Positions 1 to 13,800 of a stretch of DNA of 64,000 bases are shown here, in pieces. A program made the position numbers and the translations under genes. Within the stretch, counting starts at the first letter, position 1. The number at the start of each line of letters is the position of its first letter. The notes beneath the pieces were generated by a model. The model did no database searches and had not been told where the DNA came from. It saw nothing but the letters and a program-made list of their open reading frames with translations. Origin of the DNA: an uncultured Enterobacteriaceae bacterium (lineage in GTDB: Bacteria; Pseudomonadota; Gammaproteobacteria; UBA6186; Azoamicaceae); the NCBI GenBank assembly GCA_964498335.1, contig CAZCGL010000001.1, positions 166,451 through 230,450 of the forward strand. The letters run 5' to 3'.

Positions 1-413
<413 letters not shown>

Positions 414-428
414 TTTTAATGTCTTTGA

Positions 429-740
<312 letters not shown>

Positions 741-753
741 GGGGGATTTATAA

Positions 754-1224
754 GTGGATATTAACGCCACATTACTTGGTCAAATAATAACTTTTGCTAT
801 TTTTGTGTGGTTTACTAGTAAGTTTGTTTTACCTATGATTAAATCGTCTATGGATAAGAGAAAACAGGTTATTTTAGATGGGTTAGAAGCATCTAAAAAA
901 GGACATGAAAAGTTAAAACAAGCTGAAGAAGAAGCCGAAAAATGTTTGAAAGCTGTAAAACAAGAATGTGATAATATTATTGCTAATGCTAATAAGCAAG
1001 CCAATAAGATTTTAGAAGATTCTCGTACAAGCGCTTTAAATGAAAGAAATGATATATTAGTTTCTGGGCATAGACAAATAGAACAAGAAATAAATAAAGT
1101 TAAAATGGAGTTACAAAAGGACATGGCTAAGTTGATAATACAGGGAGCTGAAAAAGTTTTAGCAAAAAGTATAAATGCAAAAGACCATGCTAGTATTTTG
1201 GATAAATTTGTTAAAAAATTATAA
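754..1224 (+). CDS. atpF: F0F1 ATP synthase subunit b
   Basis: GTG start, MDINATLLGQ.I.F..FVWF N-terminus, coiled coil, operon position. Confidence 0.96.
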   Translation: MDINATLLGQIITFAIFVWFTSKFVLPMIKSSMDKRKQVILDGLEASKKGHEKLKQAEEEAEKCLKAVKQECDNIIANANKQANKILEDSRTSALNERNDILVSGHRQIEQEINKVKMELQKDMAKLIIQGAEKVLAKSINAKDHASILDKFVKKL

Positions 1225-1238
1225 ATGTTTAGGGTTTT

Positions 1239-1796
1239 ATGTCTGAATATATAACTATAGCTAGGCCTTATGCTAAAGCGGTTTTTGATCTTGCTAAAAA
1301 TTCTAATTCGTTAGAAGAATGGGATTCTTTTTTAAGTTATTTGTCTAGCATTGTTAATGATTCAAGTATTATTAGTATTATAAAAAATCGCACTATTAAT
1401 TATAATGATAAATCAAGGATGATAATAAGTTTTTTTGATAATTTTGATACAACTTTAGATGATAAAGTTAGTAAGCATTTTAATGATTTTGTTTGTGTTT
1501 TAGCTTATTATGGAAGACTTTTATGCATAGGCGACGTTTACACTGTTTATAAACAATATATGAATCAAGAATTAGGTTGTATTGACGCTGTTATTAAAGT
1601 TTCTAGTGTTATTAGTAGTTATCAGAAAGATGATATTGTTAATTCTTTGGCTAAAAGATTAGGAAAAAAAGTTAACGCTTTATTTGAAGTTGAAGAAGGT
1701 TTATTAGGTGGTTTTTTAATTAAAATTGGTGATTTTGTTTTAGATGTTTCAATTATTGGTAATCTTCAGTCTTTAAGTTCAAAGATTATGTTATAA
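1239..1796 (+). CDS. atpH: F0F1 ATP synthase subunit delta
   Basis: TIARPYAKAVF and LLGG..IKIGD.VLD.S motifs. Confidence 0.96.
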   Translation: MSEYITIARPYAKAVFDLAKNSNSLEEWDSFLSYLSSIVNDSSIISIIKNRTINYNDKSRMIISFFDNFDTTLDDKVSKHFNDFVCVLAYYGRLLCIGDVYTVYKQYMNQELGCIDAVIKVSSVISSYQKDDIVNSLAKRLGKKVNALFEVEEGLLGGFLIKIGDFVLDVSIIGNLQSLSSKIML

Positions 1797-1811
1797 TATG
1801 TAGATAATTAA

Positions 1812-3368
1812 GTGAGTAATAAAAATATGTCTAAAATTTCATTGAAAGCTTCGGAAATTAGTGATTTAATACGTGAACGTATAGAAAAATTTGATAGTGG
1901 AGTAATAACTCAGAATGAAGGTAAAATTGTTAGTTTATCTGACGGTATTGTTCGTATTCATGGTTTATGTGATGCTCAATATGGTGAGAGATTAGCTTTT
2001 CAAACTGGTGATTTTGGTATAGCTTTAAATTTGGAACAAGATTCTGTAGGTGCTGTTGTTTTAGGTGATTGTGGTAAATTAGCTGAAGGTCAAACAGTTC
2101 GTTGTACAGGTGAAGTTTTAAGTGTTCCTGTTGGCCCTGAATTATTAGGTAGAGTAGTTAATGCTTTGGGACATCCTATAGATGGTATGGGGCCTATTAA
2201 AGCTAAGTTAACATCTCCTATAGAAAAAGTTGCTCCAGGTGTTATTTGGAGAAAATCTGTTAGTCAATCTTTAGCAACAGGATTAAAATCAATTGATTCG
2301 ATGATACCAATTGGTAGAGGTCAACGTGAATTAATAGTTGGTGATAGACAAACTGGAAAGACAGCTATAGCTATTGATACTATAATAAATCAAAGAGATG
2401 GTGTAAAATGTATATATGTTGCTATAGGTCAAAAAGCGTCCTCTATTGCTAATGTTGTTAGAAAGTTAGAAGAATATGGTGCTTTAAAACATACTATAGT
2501 TGTAGCTGCGTCTGCTAGTGAATCAGCAGCTTTGCAATATGTATCTGTTTATAGTGCTTGCTCTATGGGTGAATATTTTAGAGATAATGGTGAAGATGCT
2601 TTAATAATATATGATGATCTTACAAAACAAGCTTGGGCTTATAGACAAGTTTCATTGTTATTACGTAGGCCTCCAGGCAGAGAAGCTTATCCTGGTGATG
2701 TCTTTTATTTACATTCTAGATTATTAGAAAGAGCAGCTAGAGTAAATGAAGCTTATGTTGAAAAGTATACAAATGGAGCTGTTAAAGGTAAAACTGGATC
2801 ATTAACTGCTTTACCTATTATAGAAACACAAGCTGGTGATGTTTCTGCATTCGTTCCTACAAATGTTATATCAATTACAGATGGTCAAATATTTTTGGAA
2901 ACAGATCTTTTTAATTCTGGTATACGACCTGCTATTAATGCTGGTTTATCTGTATCTAGAGTAGGTGGCGCAGCTCAAACAAAAGTTGTCAAACGTTTAG
3001 GTGGTGGCATTCGTTTAGCATTGGCTCAGTATAGAGAGTTAGCTGCTTTTGCACAGTTTGCTTCTGATTTAGATGATGCTACAAGAAGACAACTAGAAAG
3101 AGGTAGACGTGTTACTGAAATGATGAAACAAAAGCAGTATAGCCCTTTATTTGTTAGTGAAATAGCTATTTCTTTATTTGCTGTTGAAAAAGGATATTGT
3201 GATGATCTTTCAATTGATAAAATTACAGAGTTTGAAAAAGGCTTACACAATTATTTAAGAAGTAATTATAAAGATTTTATGAATTCTATAAATTTAACTG
3301 GAAATTATGATAGTGAAATTGAAAAAACTTTTCATAATATTCTCAATGAATTCAAAAAAATGAGGTAA
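1812..3368 (+). CDS. atpA: F0F1 ATP synthase subunit alpha (start may be ATG 1827)
   Basis: GDRQTGKT Walker [22 protein letters not shown], gamma-type [20 protein letters not shown] insert. Confidence 0.98.
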   Translation: MSNKNMSKISLKASEISDLIRERIEKFDSGVITQNEGKIVSLSDGIVRIHGLCDAQYGERLAFQTGDFGIALNLEQDSVGAVVLGDCGKLAEGQTVRCTGEVLSVPVGPELLGRVVNALGHPIDGMGPIKAKLTSPIEKVAPGVIWRKSVSQSLATGLKSIDSMIPIGRGQRELIVGDRQTGKTAIAIDTIINQRDGVKCIYVAIGQKASSIANVVRKLEEYGALKHTIVVAASASESAALQYVSVYSACSMGEYFRDNGEDALIIYDDLTKQAWAYRQVSLLLRRPPGREAYPGDVFYLHSRLLERAARVNEAYVEKYTNGAVKGKTGSLTALPIIETQAGDVSAFVPTNVISITDGQIFLETDLFNSGIRPAINAGLSVSRVGGAAQTKVVKRLGGGIRLALAQYRELAAFAQFASDLDDATRRQLERGRRVTEMMKQKQYSPLFVSEIAISLFAVEKGYCDDLSIDKITEFEKGLHNYLRSNYKDFMNSINLTGNYDSEIEKTFHNILNEFKKMR

Positions 3369-3385
3369 TTGAATAAGGTTTTTTA

Positions 3386-5657
<2,272 letters not shown>

Positions 5658-5668
5658 GGTTTGTTTTT

Positions 5669-6088
5669 ATGGATAAGTGCTTTAAGTTGAATATAGTTAC
5701 TACTGAAACAGAAATTTATTCTGGTGAATCTAGAAAATTAATTGTTACAGGTGTACTAGGCGAGCTTGAAATTTTATATAATCATACTCCTTTTTTAACT
5801 TCTTTAGCTATAGGTCCTATTTGGTTTGAAGATAGTACTGGTAAATTGAATTCTTTTATAATGTTGGGTGGTATTTTAGAAGTTCAACCAACTGTTTCTA
5901 CTATTTTAGGTGATTCTGTTATAAGAGCTGATAATTTAGATGAAGCAGCAGCTATTGAAGCTAAAGCTAATAGTGAAAGAATTTTCTCTAAGAAAGGATC
6001 AAATATAGATTATGCTAAAGTTAAGAATGAGTTAGCTGTTGCAGTTGCGCAGCTTAGGCTTATTAGAAAGTTAAAGGATAAACGATAG
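5669..6088 (+). CDS. atpC: F0F1 ATP synthase subunit epsilon
   Basis: GELEILYNHTP and GGILEVQP motifs, last gene of the atp operon. Confidence 0.95.
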   Translation: MDKCFKLNIVTTETEIYSGESRKLIVTGVLGELEILYNHTPFLTSLAIGPIWFEDSTGKLNSFIMLGGILEVQPTVSTILGDSVIRADNLDEAAAIEAKANSERIFSKKGSNIDYAKVKNELAVAVAQLRLIRKLKDKR

Positions 6089-6091
6089 TTT

Positions 6092-6131
6092 TTTTTATGT
6101 TGATATGGATATCGACATAAAAATTTTTTTA
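6092..6131 (+). terminator. Rho-independent terminator of the atp operon
   Basis: TTTTTATGTTGATA-tgga-TATCGACATAAAAA (14-bp stem with one G-U) followed by T8. Confidence 0.7.
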
Positions 6132-6133
6132 AT

Positions 6134-7477
6134 ATGTTAGAAAAATTAACTTTAAAAATAGGTAGTATTTTAAACAAAATATCTAGTAAGTCACGAATTA
6201 GTGAATATGATATTAAAAATATATTAAGAGATTTTAGAAAAACTTTATTAGAGTCAGATGTATCTTGGAATGTTGTAAAAAGTCTTTTAGAAAAAATTAA
6301 AGAAAAATTAGTAAATGTAGAAATAACAAAAAAAATATCTCCTAAAGATATTTTTATAAAAATAGTTATTGATGAATTTTTAGAAATTTTAAAAACTAGC
6401 AAAATAGACGATTATGATAATTTGTTTATTAAAAATATAGGATTAAGTACAATACTTTTTTTAGGTTTACAAGGTGTTGGTAAAACTACTAATTTAATTA
6501 AATTAGCTAATTTAATAAAGTTAAAATATAATAAATCTGTACTTGTTGTTAGTTGTGATGTATACAGGCCAGCAGCTTTAGAACAATTATTGATCCTGTC
6601 TAAAAAAGCTGATATTGATTGTTTTAATGATTATAATTTAACAGATAATCCTATTGAAATAGTTGAAAAGAGTATAAAGTATGCTAGAGTAAATAAATAT
6701 GATTTTTTATTAATAGATTCTGCTGGTAGATCTCATATAGATAATGATATGATGATAGAGTTAACAGAACTCTATGCTAAATCAAAACCTGATTATTCTT
6801 TTCTTGTCTTAGATAGTATGGTTGGACAAGATGGAGTAAATAGTGCTAGTATTTTTTGTTCTAATATTAATATTTCTGGTTTTTTTTTAACTAAAATGGA
6901 CAGTGATGCTAAGGGTGGAGTTCTGTTATCTTTAAGTTTTTTATTAAAAAAACCAATATATTTTATAGGACTTGGAGAAAAAATCAATGATTTAAGCTAT
7001 TTTTATCCTGATAGAATAGTTTCTAGAATATTAGGTTTTGGTGATTTATCTACGCTTATGGAAGATCTTGATAAAAAAATAAGCTTAAGTAAAACTAATA
7101 ATTGTTTAAAAAACAATATTGATAAAATTGGATTAGATGATTTTAAAAATCAGTTGACTTATATTGTTGAATTAGGTGGAATTGAGACATTTTTAGATAA
7201 AATACCTGGTGGATATTCTATTGATCGGTCTTTAGTTAGTAAATTTGATAATAAATTTTTTTTAAAAATGATAGCTATTATAAATTCTATGACAAGAAAA
7301 GAAAAAACATTTCCGTCTTTAGTGAATGGTTCTAGAAAACGTAGAATATCTATTGGTGCTGGTGTTGATATTTCAGATGTTAGTAAAATGTTGAAATATT
7401 ATGATAAAATGAAAAAAAATTTTTCTAAATTTTCATATGAAAAAAAAATTTTGGATAAAATAAAAAAAAAGAATTAA
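6134..7477 (+). CDS. ffh: Signal recognition particle protein Ffh
   Basis: GLQGVGKTT, DVYRPAA, DSAGR, TKMD.D.KGG, and M-domain GSRKRRI. Confidence 0.95.
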   Translation: MLEKLTLKIGSILNKISSKSRISEYDIKNILRDFRKTLLESDVSWNVVKSLLEKIKEKLVNVEITKKISPKDIFIKIVIDEFLEILKTSKIDDYDNLFIKNIGLSTILFLGLQGVGKTTNLIKLANLIKLKYNKSVLVVSCDVYRPAALEQLLILSKKADIDCFNDYNLTDNPIEIVEKSIKYARVNKYDFLLIDSAGRSHIDNDMMIELTELYAKSKPDYSFLVLDSMVGQDGVNSASIFCSNINISGFFLTKMDSDAKGGVLLSLSFLLKKPIYFIGLGEKINDLSYFYPDRIVSRILGFGDLSTLMEDLDKKISLSKTNNCLKNNIDKIGLDDFKNQLTYIVELGGIETFLDKIPGGYSIDRSLVSKFDNKFFLKMIAIINSMTRKEKTFPSLVNGSRKRRISIGAGVDISDVSKMLKYYDKMKKNFSKFSYEKKILDKIKKKN

Positions 7478-7483
7478 TAGAAA

Positions 7484-7512
7484 TTGTTTTTTTTTAAATT
7501 TAATTGTATAAT
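7484..7512 (+). promoter_or_regulatory. Candidate sigma70 promoter for the porin-cytochrome c4(-nar) unit
   Basis: TTGTTT-N17-TATAAT in the ffh-porin spacer. AT richness makes chance matches likely. Confidence 0.4.
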
Positions 7513-7553
7513 TATTTAATACATTTATTAATAAACTTTTTTCATTTTTTAAA

Positions 7554-8738
7554 ATGAGAGGAAATATGATTAATAGATTTTTATTAGAATTTAAGTTTGT
7601 TTTTTTATTTTTTATTTTATCATCTTTTATTTTAGCAATAGAACCTAATAAAAAGTTTTCTTTTGATTTTAAGGGATGTATTCAAACTGATTATTTATTT
7701 TGGCATGGAAATAAACATGATGAGTTTATATATGGAGGTTGTTTAAAATCCATAGATTTTACATTAAATGGTTTTTTAATAAATGATAGCATTAATTATT
7801 TTTTTCGTTTTAATGTAACAGATTTTATTTATAATGATATTATTTCTGAAGCGTATTTAAGTTTTTCTCTTAATAAAATTAAAATTAAATTTGGTCAATT
7901 TTTTTTACCATTTGGGTTAGAACAAGCCAGTCCGTTATCTGATAGAATGTTTTTGGAAACATCTTTATTAAATGGTATGGGAGAAGGTAAATTCTTAGGT
8001 TTTTCTTTTGATTTTTGTTCAAATAATTTTTTTTTAAGTTCTGCTTTTGTTATACCTGAAATTAATTATTCTTTAAATAAAGAACATAATTTAAAATATA
8101 TTTTATCATTTAGATCTTTTATTAATTTTTTTAGATTAAATGATTTTGTTTTTCATTTTGGTTTTGATTATAAAAGAATAAAAGAAGACCAAAAAGGATG
8201 TTTTCCATTTAGATCTATTTCATATAGAGATAATCCTTGTTTTAAAACTCATTCTTCTTTATTAAATGCTTATAATGGTGTTATAGTTACTTCTGATATT
8301 ATAGATTTAGAATTTGCTTTTATGTGGAAATCATTGTTTTTTCAGACTGAATTTGGTTTTGTAGATATTGGTTGGAGAGATTTTGATAAAGAGGTTTATT
8401 CTTCATTTTATTTTCAATTCTCTTATTTTTTAAATGGTGTTTATCATAAATATGATAATTTAAATGGATGTTTTTTAGATCCTATTTTTTTTCCTTCTTA
8501 TGGCGCTATAGAGCTACTATTTAAGTATTGTTTTGTTTATATGATAAATAATGGACCTTTATTAAAAGGATATTGTCAAACTGATGGAAAAAAAGAATCT
8601 ATTTTATTTGGATTAAATTGGATTGTTACACAAAAATTAAAAATTCAATTAAATTGTGTAGTTGATGAATTCATGTATTATAAATCCCCTGGTTTTCAAG
8701 TAACTGGAATGGGATTTAGAGTTCAATTGTTATTTTAA
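7554..8738 (+). CDS. OprO/OprP-family (phosphate/anion-selective) outer membrane porin, divergent
   Basis: N-terminal signal peptide, GQFxxPFGLE...S....FLE motif typical of Porin O/P, G(L)NW strand, C-terminal RVQLLF beta-signal ending in Phe. Confidence 0.7.
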   Translation: MRGNMINRFLLEFKFVFLFFILSSFILAIEPNKKFSFDFKGCIQTDYLFWHGNKHDEFIYGGCLKSIDFTLNGFLINDSINYFFRFNVTDFIYNDIISEAYLSFSLNKIKIKFGQFFLPFGLEQASPLSDRMFLETSLLNGMGEGKFLGFSFDFCSNNFFLSSAFVIPEINYSLNKEHNLKYILSFRSFINFFRLNDFVFHFGFDYKRIKEDQKGCFPFRSISYRDNPCFKTHSSLLNAYNGVIVTSDIIDLEFAFMWKSLFFQTEFGFVDIGWRDFDKEVYSSFYFQFSYFLNGVYHKYDNLNGCFLDPIFFPSYGAIELLFKYCFVYMINNGPLLKGYCQTDGKKESILFGLNWIVTQKLKIQLNCVVDEFMYYKSPGFQVTGMGFRVQLLF

Positions 8739-8768
8739 TTTTTTTTACTTTTATCTAAGGTTTTTAAT

Positions 8769-9392
8769 ATGATTAGGCTAGAAAATTTTTGTAAATTTTT
8801 TTTAATATTTAGTGTTTTTTTATTAAATGTTTCTTTTGCAGTTGAATCAACATCATCTTCTAAGCTTAGTAGATGTGTTACTTGTCATACTTTATCGGGC
8901 AATAGTATAGTACCTATATGGCCTAAGATAGCAGAACAGCATTTTGATTATGTAATTAAACAGTTAATGGAATTTAAAAAAGGTAAGGATGGAGATAGAT
9001 TTGATCCTAATATGTTCGCTATGTTACAAGGTGTTAATGAAAATGAATTAATAGAGTTAGCTGAACATTTTTCAAAACAGCCTTTAGAAAAAAACAAGGG
9101 AAGTGCTAACTTACCTCGTTTCGAAATTGGAAAATCTATTTATTTATATGGTGATACTAATAATAAAGTAACTGGTTGTGTTGGATGTCATGGTATAGAC
9201 GGTTCTGGAAATAAATTAGCTAAATTTCCTATTTTAAAGTGGCAACATAAAGACTATTTAATTACTCAAATGAAAAAGTTTAGATCTGGAGAAAGGTCAA
9301 ATGATTTTAATAGTATTATGCGTGATATATCCAGTTCTATGACTGATGAACAAATGATTGCTGTTGCAGAATATATTTCTTTCATGGATTAG
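8769..9392 (+). CDS. Diheme cytochrome c4 (c553 family)
   Basis: Signal peptide, two CxxCH (CVTCH, CVGCH), WPKIAEQH / FPILKWQH repeats, axial Met in each half. Confidence 0.92.
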   Translation: MIRLENFCKFFLIFSVFLLNVSFAVESTSSSKLSRCVTCHTLSGNSIVPIWPKIAEQHFDYVIKQLMEFKKGKDGDRFDPNMFAMLQGVNENELIELAEHFSKQPLEKNKGSANLPRFEIGKSIYLYGDTNNKVTGCVGCHGIDGSGNKLAKFPILKWQHKDYLITQMKKFRSGERSNDFNSIMRDISSSMTDEQMIAVAEYISFMD

Positions 9393-9418
9393 TTTTAGGC
9401 TAAAAGCTAGTTTTTATA

Positions 9419-9447
9419 TTGATTTTTTTATATTTTTGAAGTAAACT
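9419..9447 (+). promoter_or_regulatory. Candidate sigma70 promoter for narK2-narGHJI
   Basis: TTGATT(9419-9424)-N17-TAAACT(9442-9447). Confidence 0.4.
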
Positions 9448-9472
9448 TTCATCAAATTTTTGATGGAGTTTA
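9442..9472 (+). promoter_or_regulatory. Inverted repeat / hairpin covering the narK ribosome-binding site
   Basis: TAAAC(T)TTCATCAA-attt-TTGATGGAGTTTA. The GGAG SD (9465-9468) lies in the 3' arm. Confidence 0.55.
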
Positions 9473-9476
9473 GTTT

Positions 9477-10787
9477 ATGCGTCATTATTTAAGTGATTGG
9501 AATCCAGAAGATGTGTCTTATTGGAATAATAAAGGTAAATATGTAGCTAACAGAAATTTAATCGTATCTATTCCTTGTTTGTTATTGTCTTTCGCTGTTT
9601 GGTTTATATGGTCGGCAGTAGCTGTTAATTTAAATAGTATAGGATTTAATTTTACTACTGATCAGTTGTTTACTTTAGCGGCAGTACCTGGATTAACAGG
9701 AGCGACATTGAGAGTTTTCTATTCTTTTTGTGTACCAATTTTTGGAGGAAAAAATTGGACAGTTTTTTCTACAGCTACGTTATTGATTCCGTCTTTTGGT
9801 ATAGGATATTCTGTTCAAGATATTAATACTTCATATCATACTATGTTATTATTAGCTGCTTTTTGTGGTTTTGGTGGTGGTAATTTTTCATCGTCTATGG
9901 CCAACATTAGTTTCTTTTTTCCTAAAAAGTTCCAAGGTACGGCTTTAGGTTTAAACGCTGGCTTAGGAAATTTAGGTGTTAGCGTTTTACAATTTTCTGT
10001 GCCGTTAGTAATTGGTATTGGTTTTTTTGAATTTATAGCAGGCGAACCTCAAAAATTACTTTTAAACGATGGATCTTTAAAGTTTATTTGGTTACAAAAC
10101 GCTGCTTATGTTTGGATTTTACCAGTTATTTTAGCTACACTCGCATCTTTATTTTTTATGGATAATTTACCTACTATTAAAAGTTCTTTAAGTAGTCAAT
10201 TAGTAATTTTTCAAAGAAAACATATGTATTTAACAACCTGGTTATATGTTATGTCTTTTGGATCTTTTATAGGTTATTCTGCTGCTTTCCCGTTATTAAT
10301 AAAAACTCAATTTCCTGGTATTAATCCATTGGCATATGCTTTTTTGGGGCCTATGTGTGGAGCTCTTATACGCCCTGTAGGTGGATGGATTTCAGATAAA
10401 GTTAAAAGTGGAGCCTTAATTACTTTTATAGATTTATTTATTATGATTTTTTGTGTTTTTGGTGTGTTATTTTTTATTAGTAGTAAAAATTTTACAGGTT
10501 TTTTTATTTGTTTTGTTTTATTGTTTGTTACAACCGGCATAGCTAATGGATCAGTTTTTCAAATGATACCTATGATTTTTATTCCTAAAGAATCTGCTGC
10601 TGTGTTAGGTTTTAGCGCTGCTATTGCAGCTTATGGTGCTTTTTTAATTCCTAAAGCTTTTGGTTTATCAATTCAAATTACAGGTGCGCCTAATACTGCA
10701 ATGTATTTTTTTGTTTTGTATTATATTTCATGTATTTTAATTACTTGGTGGTATTATTTAAGATCAAGTTCTGAAGTAAAGTGTTAA
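9477..10787 (+). CDS. narK: Nitrate/nitrite transporter, NarK2-type (MFS)
   Basis: DW.PED..YW...G..VANRNL..SIP.LLL.FAVW, nitrate signature GFGGGNFSSSM and GLGNLG. Confidence 0.93.
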   Translation: MRHYLSDWNPEDVSYWNNKGKYVANRNLIVSIPCLLLSFAVWFIWSAVAVNLNSIGFNFTTDQLFTLAAVPGLTGATLRVFYSFCVPIFGGKNWTVFSTATLLIPSFGIGYSVQDINTSYHTMLLLAAFCGFGGGNFSSSMANISFFFPKKFQGTALGLNAGLGNLGVSVLQFSVPLVIGIGFFEFIAGEPQKLLLNDGSLKFIWLQNAAYVWILPVILATLASLFFMDNLPTIKSSLSSQLVIFQRKHMYLTTWLYVMSFGSFIGYSAAFPLLIKTQFPGINPLAYAFLGPMCGALIRPVGGWISDKVKSGALITFIDLFIMIFCVFGVLFFISSKNFTGFFICFVLLFVTTGIANGSVFQMIPMIFIPKESAAVLGFSAAIAAYGAFLIPKAFGLSIQITGAPNTAMYFFVLYYISCILITWWYYLRSSSEVKC

Positions 10788-10813
10788 TTTTTTTTTAAAT
10801 GGAGAAAAAAAAT

Positions 10814-13800
10814 ATGAGTCATATTTTTTCGCGTCTTAGTTTTTTAAAGAAGATTGATAGTTTTTTTTCCGATAAGCATGGTATTGTTACTACTGAAGAT
10901 AGAAGTTGGGAAGAAACTTATAGAAAACGTTGGCAACATGATAAAATAGTTAGATCTACTCATGGAGTTAATTGCACTGGTTCATGTAGCTGGAAAATTT
11001 ATGTTAAAAATGGTATAATAACCTGGGAAACTCAGCAAACTGATTATCCTAGAACTCGTAATGATTTGCCTAATCATGAACCACGTGGATGTCAAAGAGG
11101 AGCAAGTTATTCCTGGTATATATATAGCTCTGCTAGATTAAAATATCCTTTAGTTAGAAGTAGTTTAATAGAGTTATGGAATAAATCTAGATTAGAATTT
11201 AAAAACCCTGTAGATGCCTGGGCGTCTATTCAAAAAAATGAAACTACTTCTTTATTATATAAAAATGATAGAGGTAAGGGTGGCTTTGTTAGAGTTTCCT
11301 GGAATGATATTAATGAATTAATTGTTTCAGCAAATATATATACAATTAAAACTTACGGCCCTGATAGAGTTATAGGATTTTCTCCTATTCCTGCTATGTC
11401 AATGGTTTCTTATGCTGCCGGAGCTAGATATTTATCTTTAATTGGCGGAGTTTGTTTAAGTTTTTATGATTGGTATTGTGATTTGCCTCCTAGTTCTCCA
11501 CAAACATGGGGCGAGCAAACAGATGTACCAGAAAGTGCTGATTGGTATAATTCTCATTTTCTTATTCTTTGGGGTGCTAATGTTCCACAAACACGTACTC
11601 CTGATGCTCATTTTTTTACAGAAGTTCAATATAAAGGAGCTAAAACTGTTTCTATATCACCAGATTATAATGAAGGTTCAAAATTGTGTGATGTTTGGTT
11701 ACCTGTAAAACAAGGTACTGATTCTGCGGCTGCTATGGCGATGGGTCATGTTATTTTAAAAGAATTTTACTTAACAAATGATACTAAAAGTAATTATTTT
11801 ATAGATTATGCAAAATCTTATACAGATATGCCGTATTTAGTTATTATGGACGAATTTAACGGTAATTTTGTTCCTGGAAGATATTTACGTGCATCTGATT
11901 TAGATGTTTTATCTAAAGAAAAAAATTCTGATTGGAAACCTTTAATTTATGATGTTAAAAGTAATAAAATAGTTATTCCTAGTGGTTCAATTGGATCAAG
12001 ATGGGATAATAGTAGAATGTGGAATTTAAAATCTATAGACACAATTAATAAAATTGACATATCACCTTTATTATCCTTTATAGATAGTTATGATACTGTA
12101 TTATCTGTTGGATTTCCTTATTACGGTGGATTAAATCATAAGCATACTTATTTTAACAATACAAATCATAATGACGCGTTGTTTAGAAATGTTCCTGTTA
12201 AAAAAATTGTTTGTAATGATAAAGTTTTTTTTGTTGCGACTGTATTTGATTTATTAGTATCCAATTATGGTATAGATCGTGGGCTTAATGGAAATAATAA
12301 CGCTTCTAATTATAATGATAATGTTCCTTATACTCCTTTTTGGCAAGAACATATAACTGGTGTAAGTGGAGAAGCTATTATAGGTGTTGCTAGGCAATTT
12401 GCTAGAAACGCTGAAAAAACTTCTGGTAAAAGCATGATAATAACTGGAGCTGGAATGAATCATTGGTATCATATGGATATGAATTATAGAAGTATAATAA
12501 ATTTATTAATTATGTGCGGGTGTATAGGTGTTACTGGTGGAGGTTGGGCTCATTATGTAGGTCAAGAAAAATTAAGACCTCTTGCTGGATGGTTGCCACT
12601 AGCTTTTTCTTTAGATTGGAAACGACCACCTAGATTAATGAATGGTACATCTTTTTTTTATATTCATACTTCTCAATGGAAATATGAAAAATTAACACTT
12701 AATGAATTATTATCTCCTGTTTCTTTTAATAAGAAGAAATGGAGTAACTCTACTATAATAGATTGTAATGTTATAGCTGAAAGATTAGGTTGGCTACCAT
12801 CTGCGCCTCAATTAAATGTTAATCCGTTAAAATTATTTGATAATGCTAAAGCAAATAATAGTGATGTAATACAATATACAATAGATTTACTAAAATCAGG
12901 AAAAATAAAATTTTCTTCTGAAGATCCTGATAATCCAATTAATTTTCCAAGAAATTTGTTTGTATGGCGTTCTAATTTGTTAGGTGCAAGCGGAAAAGGT
13001 CATGAATATTTCTTAAAATTTCTTTTAGGGGTTGATAGCGCCTTTACTAGGGAAGATTTATCTAAGTTTGGAGGAATTAAACCATCTTTTGTTACATGGA
13101 ATGATAATGAAGTTGCTGGTAAATTAGATTTATTAATAAACATAGATTTTAGAGTTTCTACAACCGGTTTGTATTCTGATATTATATTACCAACAGCTTC
13201 ATGGTATGAAAAAGATGATTTAAACACTTCGGATATGCATCCTTTTATACATCCATTATCTTCCGCCATAGATCCAGTTTGGGAGTCAAAAAGTGATTGG
13301 GAAATTTATAAAGGTTTGGCTAAATCATTTACTGAAGTTGTAAATAATAATAAGTGTTTTAATGTAGTAGAAAAAGATATAGTTTTAACACCACTTATGC
13401 ATGACTCACCAACTGAATTAGGACAACCATTAGATGTGAAAGATTGGAAATTTAACGAAGTTGATTTAATACCAGGAAAAACCATGCCTAATATAATGTG
13501 TGTTGAAAGAGATTATTACTCTATTTATGATCAGTATACATCTTTAGGGCCATTAATTAAAAAACATGGAAATATGTGTAAAGGTATTTCTTGGAACACT
13601 GAACATGAAGTTTATTTAATAGGCTTACATAATGGTATAAATGAAAGTAATGGTTATCCGAATATAAAAACTGCTATAGATGCTTGTGAAGTTATATTAT
13701 TTTTAGCTCCTGAAACAAATGGTGAAGTTGCTTTAAAATCTTGGCAAGCTCTTGGTAATTATACTGGTTTAGATCATACGCACTTAGCATTAGATAGAGC

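Noticed and set aside
9451-9464. Canonical FNR/DNR box upstream of narK
   Set aside because: The half-sites are in the wrong order (ATCAA-N4-TTGAT). Reported instead as a hairpin or operator candidate.
10799-10940. Tat signal on NarG (periplasmic Nar or Nxr)
   Set aside because: The N-terminus is the ordinary cytoplasmic NarG type without a twin-Arg leader, and NarI plus NarK transporters indicate cytoplasm-facing nitrate reduction.
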